IMG/VR virus record: IMGVR_UViG_3300049859_000063
Span: 1 to 48,594 of that record
Source of the DNA: a virus
Lineage: Duplodnaviria > Caudoviricetes
Reading direction: 5' to 3' (one strand)
Length of the DNA stretch: 48,594 bases
A model generated the notes under the pieces. The model searched no databases. It had not been told where the DNA came from and saw nothing but the letters and a program-made list of their open reading frames with translations. Made by a program: the position numbers and the translations under genes. Shown piece by piece: positions 1 to 9,550 of this stretch; position 1 is the stretch's first letter; each line of letters opens with the position of its first letter.

Positions 1-127
1 TGGCGCTTGGAGTCGATGACGTTCCGGTTATTGTCACAGTTCGGCCAGTACCATAGAGCGTAGTCCCGCCTGTTCCATCCAGTGCGGCAAGTCGCACGAG
101 GATGTTATCGACCGAGGCTTGATTGAG
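1..127. repeat. 127-bp terminal direct repeat (copy 1); circular-contig overlap
   Basis: Bases 1-127 (tggcgcttgg...gcttgattgag) are identical to 48468-48594, and an ORF reads in frame across the junction. 127 is a common assembler k-mer size. Confidence 0.95.
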
Positions 128-1510
128 TGCGTTCGAAGTCATTGAAACGTTACCGCTCATAGTCTTCAATGTTGCGCCAATCGTGAATGAGCTAAGTGAA
201 GCGGTGCCGGTCCCCATAGTAATGCCACCCATTGTAACGACGGCAGGCAGTGAGATCGTTGTCAGTGCAACCATGTTAGTCGGCGAGAACGCACCTGCAA
301 GTGTTAGTGCGGCGGGTAGCGAGATCGTTGTTAGTGCTGCCATGTTGGTCGGCGAAAACGCGCCCGCTACTGTCGTCATCGACGGGAAGCTAAACGTTGT
401 TAATGTTGCCATTGCACTCGGAGAAAACGCGCCCGACACAAGATTCAACGATCCAAAGCTCATTGTTGTACACGCGGCCATCGTATTCGGAGAAAACGCG
501 CCATTGACTGTCACGAGATTCGGAAACGTTAGCGTTACCATTGATCCCATACTGCTTGGAGCAAATGCCCCAACAACAGTTGTCATTGATGGAAAACTCA
601 TCGTTGTCAACGCGGCCATCGTACTCGGAGCGAAAGCCCCAGGCATCGACGACAACACCGGGCATGAGATCGAAGTCAACGAGGGCATGTTAGTTGGAGT
701 GAATCCGCCGCCAACCGAAGTAAGTGCTGGCAATGACATCGTAAGTAGATTATTAAACCCATTCGGCGCAAACGCAGCACGAACTCGCTGTAGTGACGGA
801 AAATCAAACGTAGTACAGACAGCGAATGTAGTCGGGTTGAATATGCCCCCAACATCGATCAATGTGGGCGCGCTCAATGTTGTGCAGCCGGTTAATTGGA
901 GCGGGCTATAATTGCCACCGATTTCAGTCACAGCCGCTAACGTCATATTGGTTAGCGCGTTCATGATAGTCGGGGCGAAGTTGCCAACAATCGTAGTCAT
1001 TGCCGGAAAGCTGAACGTAGTACAGCTGTTTAGCGTGTTCAACGTGAAATCACCACCAACCACTTGCAACGATGAGAATGTTAAGTTAGCCAACGTGTTC
1101 ACTGTCGTCAATGATAACCCTGTACCTATAAACGTCACTGCGCTAAAATTCAACGTCGAAAGCGAGTTAGCCGAGTTGATCGACAAAGCGCCCACGATAC
1201 CCAATAGCGTCGGAGCGCTTAACGATGCCAGTGAGGTCATTGTTTTGAATGACATCGACCCAGATACCCCAGCAAGATCAGTGAATGTAATCGACGTAAC
1301 AAACCCGTCAGTATGATTGACGTCCTCGATCCATTTGCCTGCGCCTATAGTCACTGTTGGCGATACCGTGGTACGTGGAAATGTCAGCGCGTAAACAATC
1401 GGCACCGTACCGTTTAAGACTGTAATAATCAATGGATCGGTAGGCGTGACACTGCCACCGCTGCCCCCTTGATCGGCATTCCCTGCTGGCGTTACAACAG
1501 CGGTCCCCAT
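1..1510 (-). CDS. LRR/receptor-L-domain-like 22-aa repeat solenoid protein, 5' part (522 aa in total, joins 48409-48467); probable virion accessory protein
   Basis: Manual translation from ATG at 1510: MGTAVVTPAG..., about 16 repeats of the type LTTxSFPxxxTVxGAFSPxxMAx, then ...LNQASVDNILVRLAALDG..., continuing past the origin to TAG at 48409-48411. It starts right after the stop of 1512-3167. Missed by the ORF track. Confidence 0.85.
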   Translation of the reverse strand, partial: MGTAVVTPAGNADQGGSGGSVTPTDPLIITVLNGTVPIVYALTFPRTTVSPTVTIGAGKWIEDVNHTDGFVTSITFTDLAGVSGSMSFKTMTSLASLSAPTLLGIVGALSINSANSLSTLNFSAVTFIGTGLSLTTVNTLANLTFSSLQVVGGDFTLNTLNSCTTFSFPAMTTIVGNFAPTIMNALTNMTLAAVTEIGGNYSPLQLTGCTTLSAPTLIDVGGIFNPTTFAVCTTFDFPSLQRVRAAFAPNGFNNLLTMSLPALTSVGGGFTPTNMPSLTSISCPVLSSMPGAFAPSTMAALTTMSFPSMTTVVGAFAPSSMGSMVTLTFPNLVTVNGAFSPNTMAACTTMSFGSLNLVSGAFSPSAMATLTTFSFPSMTTVAGAFSPTNMAALTTISLPAALTLAGAFSPTNMVALTTISLPAVVTMGGITMGTGTASLSSFTIGATLKTMSGNVSMTSNALNQASVDNILVRLAALDGTGGTTLYGTGRTVTITGTSSTPSA

Positions 1511-1511
1511 G

Positions 1512-3167
1512 TTACACCGCCATCGTGCATGTAACAGCCGCAGACGTGCCGCTGATACCGCTCAGAATAACAAATACGAACGGCCATTCTGCCGGTATGT
1601 CACTACCCACCTGATCGGCATTCGTACCGCTCAATGTGTGCGTTGCTAAGAGAATACCTTGTGAAGTCGAATTAGTTGTATTGCCGTACCACGTAACAAC
1701 GGCAGACACTGCCCCGCTGCCTGTGATCACAGTCTGTATCGTACGACGTGCGCCCGTAGCAACAAACACAGCACTCGTTTGATTCACAACGACAGCACTG
1801 AGTAACGTTGAAACAGTCTTAGTCGGCGACAATGGTGATAACAACGAGGCGTATATCGCACTCAACCACCCATTGATAGATGAACCACCGGCGGGCATCG
1901 TTGCGCCAGTAATCGCCGCGCCATCTGTTGAGGCACCTGTTGGCAATGGCAACGACGTGGCGCTTATCGGTTGAGTCGCTTGGAAGAACGTGCCGGTTAC
2001 CGCGATACTCCCCGCCAGTTTCGTATGAATCGCCGACAACCAACCGAGGAACCCAGCGCCACCAGCGGGCATTGCACTACCCGTAATGGCCGTTCCATCG
2101 TTCGTATTGCTGATCGGCTGCGTTGCTTGGAAGAATGTACCAGTCACCGCGATACTACCGATGAGCTTCGTGTAGATCGCGCTAAGCCAACCGTTGATTG
2201 AAGCGCCACCTGCTGGCATAACTGAGCCAGTGATCGCCGTCCCATCGGTCGCCGCACCGGTAGGCAATGGCAACGATGCAGCACTAACCGGCTGAGTCGC
2301 TTGATAAAACGTGCCGGTTACCGCGATTGATCCGCTAAGCTTCGTGTAGATAGCACTTAGCCAACCACGGAACCCGACACCACCGGCGGGCATTGCTGCA
2401 CCGGTAATATCCGAACCATCATTGACGTTGCTGATCGGCTGCGTTGCTTGGAAGAACGTGCCGGTTACCGCTACGGTGCCAATCAACTTCGTATAGATCG
2501 CCGATAACCATCCGTTAATTGACGACCCACCGGCAGGCATTACACTCCCGGTAATGTCCGTTCCATCGGTTGCCGCACCAGTAGGCAGTGCGGAACTCGT
2601 CACAATGACCGAACGCACCGCATACGGACGAGGATTAGCGCCAACCACATACGGCAGCGCCCCAGGTATCGTAAACGCGGCAAAAACCGGCGTGGCACCG
2701 GTACCCGTATCGCGGTAAACAAACTGAGTACCGCTGTCATCCGTGTAGAGCAGGTCTTCAGCGCCGCCACCTGTGCCACCTGTGGAAGTATTGACAGCGA
2801 TTGCCGACAACCAGCCTTCTACACCCTTACCACCTGACGGCATAATAGCGCCACTGATTGCATTGCCGGTAAACGTAGCATAGGGGCGCGGATTTGCGCC
2901 AACGGTGTACGCAGTGCCTGCCGGTACAAGGATCGGCAAGAACGCACCCGAACCGCCGTCACGATATACAAAATTAGCACCTGTGTCATCGGTGAACAAT
3001 AGATCACTGAATCCTGAACCACCGCCCCCACCTCCACCACCGCTTACGGGCAATGGATTGGTGGCACTGATCGGCTGCGGCACGCCGTTGCTATCGAGCA
3101 CCATCGGCACACTGCCGAGGACTGCACCGCCTTCAGCTACGGGGTAATTAGTTTGGGAATTGCTCAT
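1512..3167 (-). CDS. Gly/Ala/Thr-rich repeat protein, putative head fibre or decoration protein
   Basis: 551 aa. Six copies of I(T/S)GxxMPxGGxxxxGWLSAI, four of VTGTF(F/Y)QATQP, two of DLLxTDDxGxxFVYRD...VGANPRPYA. Directly downstream of the portal. Confidence 0.7.
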   Translation of the reverse strand: MSNSQTNYPVAEGGAVLGSVPMVLDSNGVPQPISATNPLPVSGGGGGGGGSGFSDLLFTDDTGANFVYRDGGSGAFLPILVPAGTAYTVGANPRPYATFTGNAISGAIMPSGGKGVEGWLSAIAVNTSTGGTGGGAEDLLYTDDSGTQFVYRDTGTGATPVFAAFTIPGALPYVVGANPRPYAVRSVIVTSSALPTGAATDGTDITGSVMPAGGSSINGWLSAIYTKLIGTVAVTGTFFQATQPISNVNDGSDITGAAMPAGGVGFRGWLSAIYTKLSGSIAVTGTFYQATQPVSAASLPLPTGAATDGTAITGSVMPAGGASINGWLSAIYTKLIGSIAVTGTFFQATQPISNTNDGTAITGSAMPAGGAGFLGWLSAIHTKLAGSIAVTGTFFQATQPISATSLPLPTGASTDGAAITGATMPAGGSSINGWLSAIYASLLSPLSPTKTVSTLLSAVVVNQTSAVFVATGARRTIQTVITGSGAVSAVVTWYGNTTNSTSQGILLATHTLSGTNADQVGSDIPAEWPFVFVILSGISGTSAAVTCTMAV

Positions 3168-4656
3168 CTGTCATGTCCTCGTCTGTTTCTGGTTCAATTG
3201 GTTGCGGAATCACCGCGTCTACATCGAGCGAAGCATACGCGCTATTGTCGGCACGTGCAATTCGTTCACGCACCTCCTGCGGGGAAACAACACCCGCTTC
3301 AATGTAGATCGCATCGGTTTCAGCATCGGTTTTGCGAGCCGCCGCTTCTTCTTCGGCGCTTAGCGAATGTAGCGGATTCCATTTAAAATCAATATTTTCA
3401 TCTATGTCGCCGAAGATCGACAACTGGATCAGGTCAATAATTTTCTTGAGCGGCTCATTAAACAGAACTTCCTGCTCTGCGAAAATCATATCGTACCAAC
3501 AAGCTATTTCACCCTCACTTGAGGCATTAAGGCCGGATGGCGTAATGCCCAACAGCTTCACTAGTGGAACACCGTTGATCGACGACATGTGTTCTTGCGC
3601 CTGCGCCTGTAGCGAATCGAGTGTGGTCAGCGGTACAGCGACATTGAAAAACTCTTCTGCGTCTTTGTCGAGTAGCATTAGACCCCGGTTATTGCGCTGC
3701 TGGTTAAACAACAGCGCTCGATCCTCGATGCCTTTTAGCGCACCACCGTGAAGCACACTACTCATGTTCGTTTTGATACCTAACACGCTAAACGACTGGA
3801 CTAGCTCAGTCACAGCCTGCCGGGTGTTTAGCCAATTGTCTACATAAGGCTTAGCGATTTGAGTAATCGACAGCCCACAAAACGTGTACGCTGGTTTCAA
3901 TATCGTAGGTACAGGTCGAGCGGTGAACATGAGAAACCGACTATCATGTACCTCTTTGCTCATAACGTACCATGACGTAGGCTTAAAATAGTCCGGCCTC
4001 AATGGGTCGGAGCTGTTGTAATTACCCGGATAGGTCCAAGTCGGTTCAACAATCGTCAGGCACTTGATCCCGTTACGCCGCACCTTTCTCGCCGACATTA
4101 CCAGAGGAGTCTTAAGCTCATCAGGATTATCCGTGTCGCCCGTGTCTATAAATATTTGCCCCCTGCCGAACAACCCATCGTGCTCGACTGCTTCCCTAAA
4201 TCGATCTTGGACTTTAAGACGCTTCAATTCTTTGTTGATCACCTCAATTCGATCAGTCACGTCATCATCACCGTTACTGATAACCTCCATCCAGCACCGG
4301 GTTAGCTCTGATGCGATTACTTGAGTCAATCTGCGGTATTCGTTACGTTGCGATAGTTCGGCTAGGTATGCGAAGCCCAAGAACATTTGACCTTCTGCGA
4401 ACGTACTATTGACCTGCATCTGCGAGTAGGTGCCGGTAATTGCAGAGTCGCAAGCCAATCGTGATTTAGCAGGTATTACACCGGGCAACACGTCCGGCAA
4501 CGTGAAACAAGTACGATGTGCGTGCGTTGTTGGATCGGTGCTTTGCGGTATTCGTATCACCATCTCGCGCGGCAATGGGGGAGCTTCCGGCACTACTGTC
4601 GGTTTGGGCGACTCGTCCCAAGACGGGCCTTTAGGCTTTGGTTTAAAAAATCTCAT
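3148..4656 (-). CDS. Portal protein (DUF1073-like)
   Basis: Follows TerL with an ATGA overlap at 4653-4656. Motifs FLGFAYLAELSQ, GVPLVKLLGITPSGLNASSEGEI and FKWNPL are typical of this portal family. Confidence 0.88.
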   Translation of the reverse strand: MRFFKPKPKGPSWDESPKPTVVPEAPPLPREMVIRIPQSTDPTTHAHRTCFTLPDVLPGVIPAKSRLACDSAITGTYSQMQVNSTFAEGQMFLGFAYLAELSQRNEYRRLTQVIASELTRCWMEVISNGDDDVTDRIEVINKELKRLKVQDRFREAVEHDGLFGRGQIFIDTGDTDNPDELKTPLVMSARKVRRNGIKCLTIVEPTWTYPGNYNSSDPLRPDYFKPTSWYVMSKEVHDSRFLMFTARPVPTILKPAYTFCGLSITQIAKPYVDNWLNTRQAVTELVQSFSVLGIKTNMSSVLHGGALKGIEDRALLFNQQRNNRGLMLLDKDAEEFFNVAVPLTTLDSLQAQAQEHMSSINGVPLVKLLGITPSGLNASSEGEIACWYDMIFAEQEVLFNEPLKKIIDLIQLSIFGDIDENIDFKWNPLHSLSAEEEAAARKTDAETDAIYIEAGVVSPQEVRERIARADNSAYASLDVDAVIPQPIEPETDEDMTDEQFPN

Positions 4657-6011
4657 AAGTTTATTCTCATCTCGCTTTGAGTGGGGGCGTATGCGCATAC
4701 AAGCGCGTCAGCTAAATTCGGCGACATTATACCGCGTTTAGCTAAATCTTGTTTCGATTCGACCTTGACTTTACCATTGAGATCGTAGTCGCGTTTTACT
4801 GAAGACAACTCGTCGATCAATTGCACAAGATGAGGCATGTCGGCATCAAGCGAGATAATATCATAATCCTCGAAATGAGCCCCGTCCTTGATCGCGTTGT
4901 ACGTGTTGCGGAATCGGTCGGCCAATAACCACCACGCTTGTGCTTTGATGTTAGAGAACATCTCTTGATTCTTAATGCCAGACTTGTAGATCGAATCGGG
5001 GCGATACACAGCGCCACCCGCGTTGAATTTAGTGTACTCGACTCGTTGGCTACGAGACTCGTTGATCTCTGCGAACTTCGATCCACAACCAGCACCCACG
5101 CCAATTGAGTCATAGATAATGCGACTACCTGTCTCGAACGCACCAGCGTACACACGGGCGCACGATTGCATCAACTTATCTTCCCCGCCTTTCCACATGT
5201 CGAGATCATACGCGACATGACCGTGTGTCTTAATCGCAGCATTCACGTCAACACCACTATCCGCGACATCATAGCCAATACGCTTCTCGCCTGATGCAGG
5301 TCTATCAAGCTTATGATGCGCATCAATCGAGGCGATAATCCACGATCTCTTGATTACTGCCACATCATCATCTTGGAGCGGTTGCCCAAGGTATTTGTGA
5401 TTATAATCCTCTTCGTCCTCGTTTCGACACTCTTCGATAATGTCGAGCATCGTCTTACTGAGAAACGGATTGTTAGTGTAATTTATTTCCTGTACTAGCG
5501 TATTCTTCGGCGGATCGACAACGAAACGTTTCCACACGAAATCCGTTACGAGACGTGGATTGAATATGATCCAACACTGCGACCCTTCGGCGCGTATCGT
5601 TGGTTCAAGAATGTCCCATTGAGCTTTAGTTAACAGATGCGACTCTTCGCTCCAAAGAATATCAATACCCTCGATAGACTTGATTTCGTCAATGTTTCGC
5701 GCTAGGCCGTAGAAAATAAACTCCGAGCCGGTTCGGGTGCAGACGATGGAATTACGAACCGTTTTAAACTCGTTTTCAAGCCCAAATCGGGCAATCTGGA
5801 TTTTGAGCAGCGTGTAGACTGACTGACTTAGCTTGTTTTGAAATTGTCGAACGCAGAGCACCCTTATTTTGCAATTTAGGGCAAGGAAGATAGCGAACCC
5901 TGCCGCATCCCAACTCTTCGACGAAGCGCGACCACCGTAGAGCACCCGATTGCGAATCCCTGGTGCTTGCCAAAAGTTACGTAAATACGGGTTTAAACTG
6001 GCGGTTGCCAT
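4653..6011 (-). CDS. terL: Terminase large subunit (PBSX/Terminase_3-like)
   Basis: Walker A variant YGGRASSKS, Walker B ILWSEE, motif IIFNP, nuclease motifs IGYDVAD and SPNLADA. Likely start is ATG 6011 (upstream AAGGGTG). Confidence 0.93.
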   Translation of the reverse strand: MATASLNPYLRNFWQAPGIRNRVLYGGRASSKSWDAAGFAIFLALNCKIRVLCVRQFQNKLSQSVYTLLKIQIARFGLENEFKTVRNSIVCTRTGSEFIFYGLARNIDEIKSIEGIDILWSEESHLLTKAQWDILEPTIRAEGSQCWIIFNPRLVTDFVWKRFVVDPPKNTLVQEINYTNNPFLSKTMLDIIEECRNEDEEDYNHKYLGQPLQDDDVAVIKRSWIIASIDAHHKLDRPASGEKRIGYDVADSGVDVNAAIKTHGHVAYDLDMWKGGEDKLMQSCARVYAGAFETGSRIIYDSIGVGAGCGSKFAEINESRSQRVEYTKFNAGGAVYRPDSIYKSGIKNQEMFSNIKAQAWWLLADRFRNTYNAIKDGAHFEDYDIISLDADMPHLVQLIDELSSVKRDYDLNGKVKVESKQDLAKRGIMSPNLADALVCAYAPTQSEMRINL

Positions 6012-6012
6012 A

Positions 6013-6651
6013 TCACCCTTGTGAAACTGTAATCGTGTCACCTTGGGCATTCCCTGTGCCCACGTTAGATAGCGATTGATAGAACTCGTTCAACCCCGGT
6101 ACAGAGGGTAACACGTCCGGCACTGGTCGGATTGCACCACCGCCTTTATCTGGGTAGAAGGCAACAGTACCGGAAATCTTCATACACTTGCCGAGAACGT
6201 CGGCTAACATGTCCATCGTTGCCAAACTAACCATCGGTTCTTGGAGGCACTCCATCGCTTTGGCTGCAATGAGCATACCGGCATTGGCATACCATTCGCA
6301 TTTGAGTTTTAGCTTATCAAGATCGCTATCACTTTCGAGCCATACGAGTCGGTCTATCGGAACGACTTCCCGACCTAACACCTCTTCACGGGTAGGCTTT
6401 TGACTCACCCTAGTTGAGTTTAAATTGTCGATAGATTCGCCCAACGATTTGCTATCGATCATAGCTTGTACAGATTTAACTTTGGCCTTATCGATTATCG
6501 TCACCGGGGTATTCCTACCTATGCCTTCGGTTAAATTTTTGACGGTCTGATGCGATACCCCGTGACGGGCAGCTATTTGACGAAAGCTATCCGTGCTAAA
6601 CGAATATTCGAATCTTATCGCAGCGATTAAATCAGGATCAAGTTTGGACAT
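6013..6651 (-). CDS. Probable terminase small subunit
   Basis: N-terminal HTH (SFRQIAARHGVSHQTV); immediately upstream of TerL. Confidence 0.65.
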   Translation of the reverse strand: MSKLDPDLIAAIRFEYSFSTDSFRQIAARHGVSHQTVKNLTEGIGRNTPVTIIDKAKVKSVQAMIDSKSLGESIDNLNSTRVSQKPTREEVLGREVVPIDRLVWLESDSDLDKLKLKCEWYANAGMLIAAKAMECLQEPMVSLATMDMLADVLGKCMKISGTVAFYPDKGGGAIRPVPDVLPSVPGLNEFYQSLSNVGTGNAQGDTITVSQG

Positions 6652-6682
6652 CGGTTGACAGTGGTTATTGCTGTAAAACAAT

Positions 6683-6711
6683 ATCGTAGCGTAGGTTCAA
6701 GTCTATGTAAA
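6683..6711 (-). promoter_or_regulatory. Putative sigma70-type promoter for the packaging/late operon
   Basis: Minus strand TTTACA (6711-6706), 17 bp spacer, TACGAT (6688-6683), upstream of TerS. Confidence 0.5.
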
Positions 6712-6775
6712 GCCCACGTTATCGATCATGGTGAAACAGGCGTTCAGGCACGCTGCAAACAGGCAATTATTGATA

Positions 6776-7128
6776 ACTGCTTAACTGCATATCTACGATC
6801 ATCTTCTGCTCATCTTTTTGTCTTCTAAGTTGTTGATATTATTCTATTACTGCTTAACTGCATATCTTTTATAATAAATAACTATATATTATAGTGTTGT
6901 ATATATACAACATGTTGTTGTATATATAAGAATCTCTATATAGGTTTTTGGCTCTAAGTTGGGAGATGGGCAGTTGGGCAGTTGGGCAGATTATCTATCA
7001 AATCATCATGTTAACTAAAAAAGATGTGCAATAAAACTGCTCGTCTTTTCTCCCGCATCTCTACGCACGCTAGAGTTTCCGCATCTCTTTGTATGCTAGA
7101 GGCTCCCGCATCTCTTTGTATGCTAGAG
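6776..7128. repeat. Putative replication origin: AT-rich non-coding region with iteron-like repeats
   Basis: ACTGCTTAACTGCATATCT at 6776-6794 and 6849-6867. AT-rich core ~6860-6945. GGGCAG(TT) x3 at ~6968-6990. CCGCATCTCTnnGnAnGCTAGAG x3 at 7053, 7079 and 7106. Lies just downstream of the primase-helicase. Confidence 0.65.
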
Positions 7129-7138
7129 TTTCGGACAC

Positions 7139-7161
7139 AAAAAAGGGGCTTACCGCCCCTC
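7139..7161 (-). terminator. Intrinsic terminator after primase-helicase
   Basis: Minus strand AGGGGC-GGTAA-GCCCCT followed by a T run. Confidence 0.7.
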
Positions 7162-7169
7162 TGTTGATG

Positions 7170-9413
7170 TTAGATGAATTTAGCTTTTATATAATAGCCT
7201 CGCATTCCTTTTGAATCAGCATGTTTTTTAAAACCTGCTTTGCTTAAAATCTTAGCTCCTTTGTTCGTGTGAGCTTTAGTTACGTTCGCAATTCCCGAAC
7301 GAATTAATATCGCAGTCACGTTTAAAAACTCAAATGCTCCTGTTTCAGGGGCGTTTGTCAAATGAAAATGGTTACTAATCATCTCCTCGATAGGGCAATC
7401 GGCTTGAAATTCAGATTCTATTTCAGATTGCCTGTTTGTTAATTCTGCGTTTAACCACCACTCAGCACCGCCTATATATAAGTTCCAGCATTGCGCCCAG
7501 AGCTGCTGTAAGTCGATATTAGTTTCGTATAAAGGAGTCGCCGCAAACACTTCGAGGGCTAGGAACCTACGATTACCCGTATCGTCGATCAAGAATGATT
7601 TGTCATTAACAGATGCAAAAAACGCCGTGGTTCTTGGAAAAGTTACGGCCTCCCTGTCGTAAGGCAATCGAATAATGTCGTCTGTGGCTGACATGAACGA
7701 CTTCAACTTAGAATGATCACTTTTTCTAAAAGTCGCATCAACTTCCCCCAATTCAACAATCCAGTGACGAATTGCTTTTAGTTGGGAATCCTTATCATTT
7801 AAATCCAAAGTGGCCCCGCTAAGGATGTAATCTCTAAGTTCTTTTGGTAACAATGACCCAATCCATTTAGTTTTCCTCAAACCCTGCTTGCCTTGAAATA
7901 CCAGTACCGATTCGAATTTAGGCAGAACGTTTGGTATCGGAGAACTTCTAGCGTAATCCATTGCCGCCACACATTGGATCATCCAAATACGCATCACCTC
8001 ATTGCGATATTCAACCTTATCAGGCGCAACCATTGCAGTATTGCAGAAGGCTTGTAATCTATCAACGCCGTCCCAAGGTACTGATGTCACCCAATCCTTG
8101 ATGGGGTTAATTGGATTATCTTTAATCAATATCCCTATGTTATCTACCATTCCTTCGGCCACATCGTTCAAACATAACCCTTGACGAATAGTTTGAATTA
8201 TTATATTTGGGTCGCCTACATCAACTTGATTCGGTATAGATATGATCGGCTTTTTCTTAAGCACATCATATGCACATGTAATACCATAAGACTTTAAGAA
8301 GTATTCGAGATTTAGAATAGTTTTGAGTGGTTTGTTTTTATAATCTTCGTTCGGCCATTTGCCTTCGAGCATTTTATCCTTTCTTATATCAAGCAAAGGC
8401 TCTTCATTAGAAGCAACAAACCCTGATTGACCGAAACCGACTGTGGTTGGATCGATCTCCACCCTTGCCCGTGGGTTGACCCAACCGAACAGCTGCGCTT
8501 GTGTAAACACCGCTTGGAACCCGGTTCTATCGCAAGCGAGATGGTTGTCCCACTTCTCGCGGCATACTTCATCACAGGCGGCGTCCGCTTGATCCTGGTC
8601 CATTGTCGGCGGGTAATGGCGCAATGATGCCCGTGAGTATCTATAGAACAGTTCGTACATGCGTTCGTCATCTGGATTGAACAACCGGTTGCCCATCGCC
8701 GCCCAATCGATATACGAATAAGCCTCTTTATTGCCAGCATTCCACGACTCTGCATTCGATTTATTGATGAAGTCAATCGCACTTGCAAGCTCTGCCATCT
8801 GAGCATCGGTAGCGAAATCTAACGGTTCGGTTCGTACAACTGTATCCTGGACACCCGTATTTAACCCAATCGGGAAGCTAGGTTTAATTGGCAGTAGATC
8901 GATTGGCGTACCGTCGATGGACCATACTGCATGTGCGTAGCCTTCTAACGCGCCGATGTGGAATGTCTGCGAATCACGAAATGATTCGGACGCGAGACGA
9001 CCTCCAAGTATGGTGTTAATCTTACCGACCATCGCCGCACGTTCTGCCCTGGTAACCGGCTTCGACAACGGGGCCAGCACGTGCCAACGAGGCGCGTCTT
9101 CGGTGTAGCGTGCGGAGCTCTTAATGATGCACCGAACACCTTCCTTAGCCAGTAATCGATAGCCTTCTTGGATAGATAGCTCCCCTGCATCGTAATCGCA
9201 TTCAACGCCGGTTATTTGTAGTATGTTTCGATCAATGCGAAGACAGTTTTTAGCGCTACGCTCATCGCCGAAGGCGGCTAATTTGATCAATGGCATTTCC
9301 GCTTTGTCCGAGTATATCGGCAACGAATCGAGCCACGGTTTGACTTCCGACCAATCTAAGTCATACTCTTGCTTAGACTGCGCGGATCGGTCGGGGAATA
9401 ACGTGATAATCAT
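7170..9413 (-). CDS. DNA primase-helicase (N-terminal primase/PriCT-like region, C-terminal VirE/VapE-type P-loop domain)
   Basis: Motifs VPWDGVDRL, Walker A FQGKQGLRKT, Walker B WIVELGEVD, IRLPYDR, FLIDDTGNRRF. N-terminal GVECDYD and PRWHVLAPLS. Start ATG 9413 with RBS CAGGA. Confidence 0.88.
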   Translation of the reverse strand: MIITLFPDRSAQSKQEYDLDWSEVKPWLDSLPIYSDKAEMPLIKLAAFGDERSAKNCLRIDRNILQITGVECDYDAGELSIQEGYRLLAKEGVRCIIKSSARYTEDAPRWHVLAPLSKPVTRAERAAMVGKINTILGGRLASESFRDSQTFHIGALEGYAHAVWSIDGTPIDLLPIKPSFPIGLNTGVQDTVVRTEPLDFATDAQMAELASAIDFINKSNAESWNAGNKEAYSYIDWAAMGNRLFNPDDERMYELFYRYSRASLRHYPPTMDQDQADAACDEVCREKWDNHLACDRTGFQAVFTQAQLFGWVNPRARVEIDPTTVGFGQSGFVASNEEPLLDIRKDKMLEGKWPNEDYKNKPLKTILNLEYFLKSYGITCAYDVLKKKPIISIPNQVDVGDPNIIIQTIRQGLCLNDVAEGMVDNIGILIKDNPINPIKDWVTSVPWDGVDRLQAFCNTAMVAPDKVEYRNEVMRIWMIQCVAAMDYARSSPIPNVLPKFESVLVFQGKQGLRKTKWIGSLLPKELRDYILSGATLDLNDKDSQLKAIRHWIVELGEVDATFRKSDHSKLKSFMSATDDIIRLPYDREAVTFPRTTAFFASVNDKSFLIDDTGNRRFLALEVFAATPLYETNIDLQQLWAQCWNLYIGGAEWWLNAELTNRQSEIESEFQADCPIEEMISNHFHLTNAPETGAFEFLNVTAILIRSGIANVTKAHTNKGAKILSKAGFKKHADSKGMRGYYIKAKFI

Positions 9414-9433
9414 ATTTAAATCCTGTATTAATA

Positions 9434-9462
9434 TTGACAATTAAACACGACACAGTCATACT
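9434..9462 (+). promoter_or_regulatory. Plus-strand sigma70-type promoter, divergent from the primase start
   Basis: TTGACA (9434-9439), 17 bp spacer, CATACT (9457-9462). Confidence 0.6.
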
Positions 9463-9467
9463 AATAC

Positions 9468-9548
9468 TGTGTTGATGTGTTGATGTGTTGGTACTAACGT
9501 GTTGATCATTTTTAGCCGGAGGTGGATAAGTCCCTCCGGCTTTTTTTT
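9468..9548 (+). ncRNA. Candidate small RNA 1 (~80 nt), antisense to the region upstream of the primase
   Basis: Bounded by the 9434 promoter and the 9514-9548 terminator; no plus-strand gene between them; contains TGTGTTGA repeats. Confidence 0.5.
9514..9548 (+). terminator. Plus-strand intrinsic terminator
   Basis: AGCCGGAGG...CCTCCGGCT stem followed by T8; no T run on the minus-strand side. Confidence 0.8.
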
Positions 9549-9550
9549 GT

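Noticed and set aside
123-1316. Plus-strand ORFs 123-911 and 912-1316 in the ORF track
   Set aside because: Antisense shadows of the real minus-strand repeat gene (1510 across the origin to 48409), which fits the operon and has a coherent repeat pattern.
3148-4656. Possible anti-CBASS (Acb1) label sometimes attached to DUF1073 proteins
   Set aside because: Position after TerL and the motifs identify a portal; I see no HxT phosphoesterase domain.
7053-7128. Three 23-bp repeats as a CRISPR mini-array
   Set aside because: Spacers are only 3-4 bp; the arrangement fits iterons.
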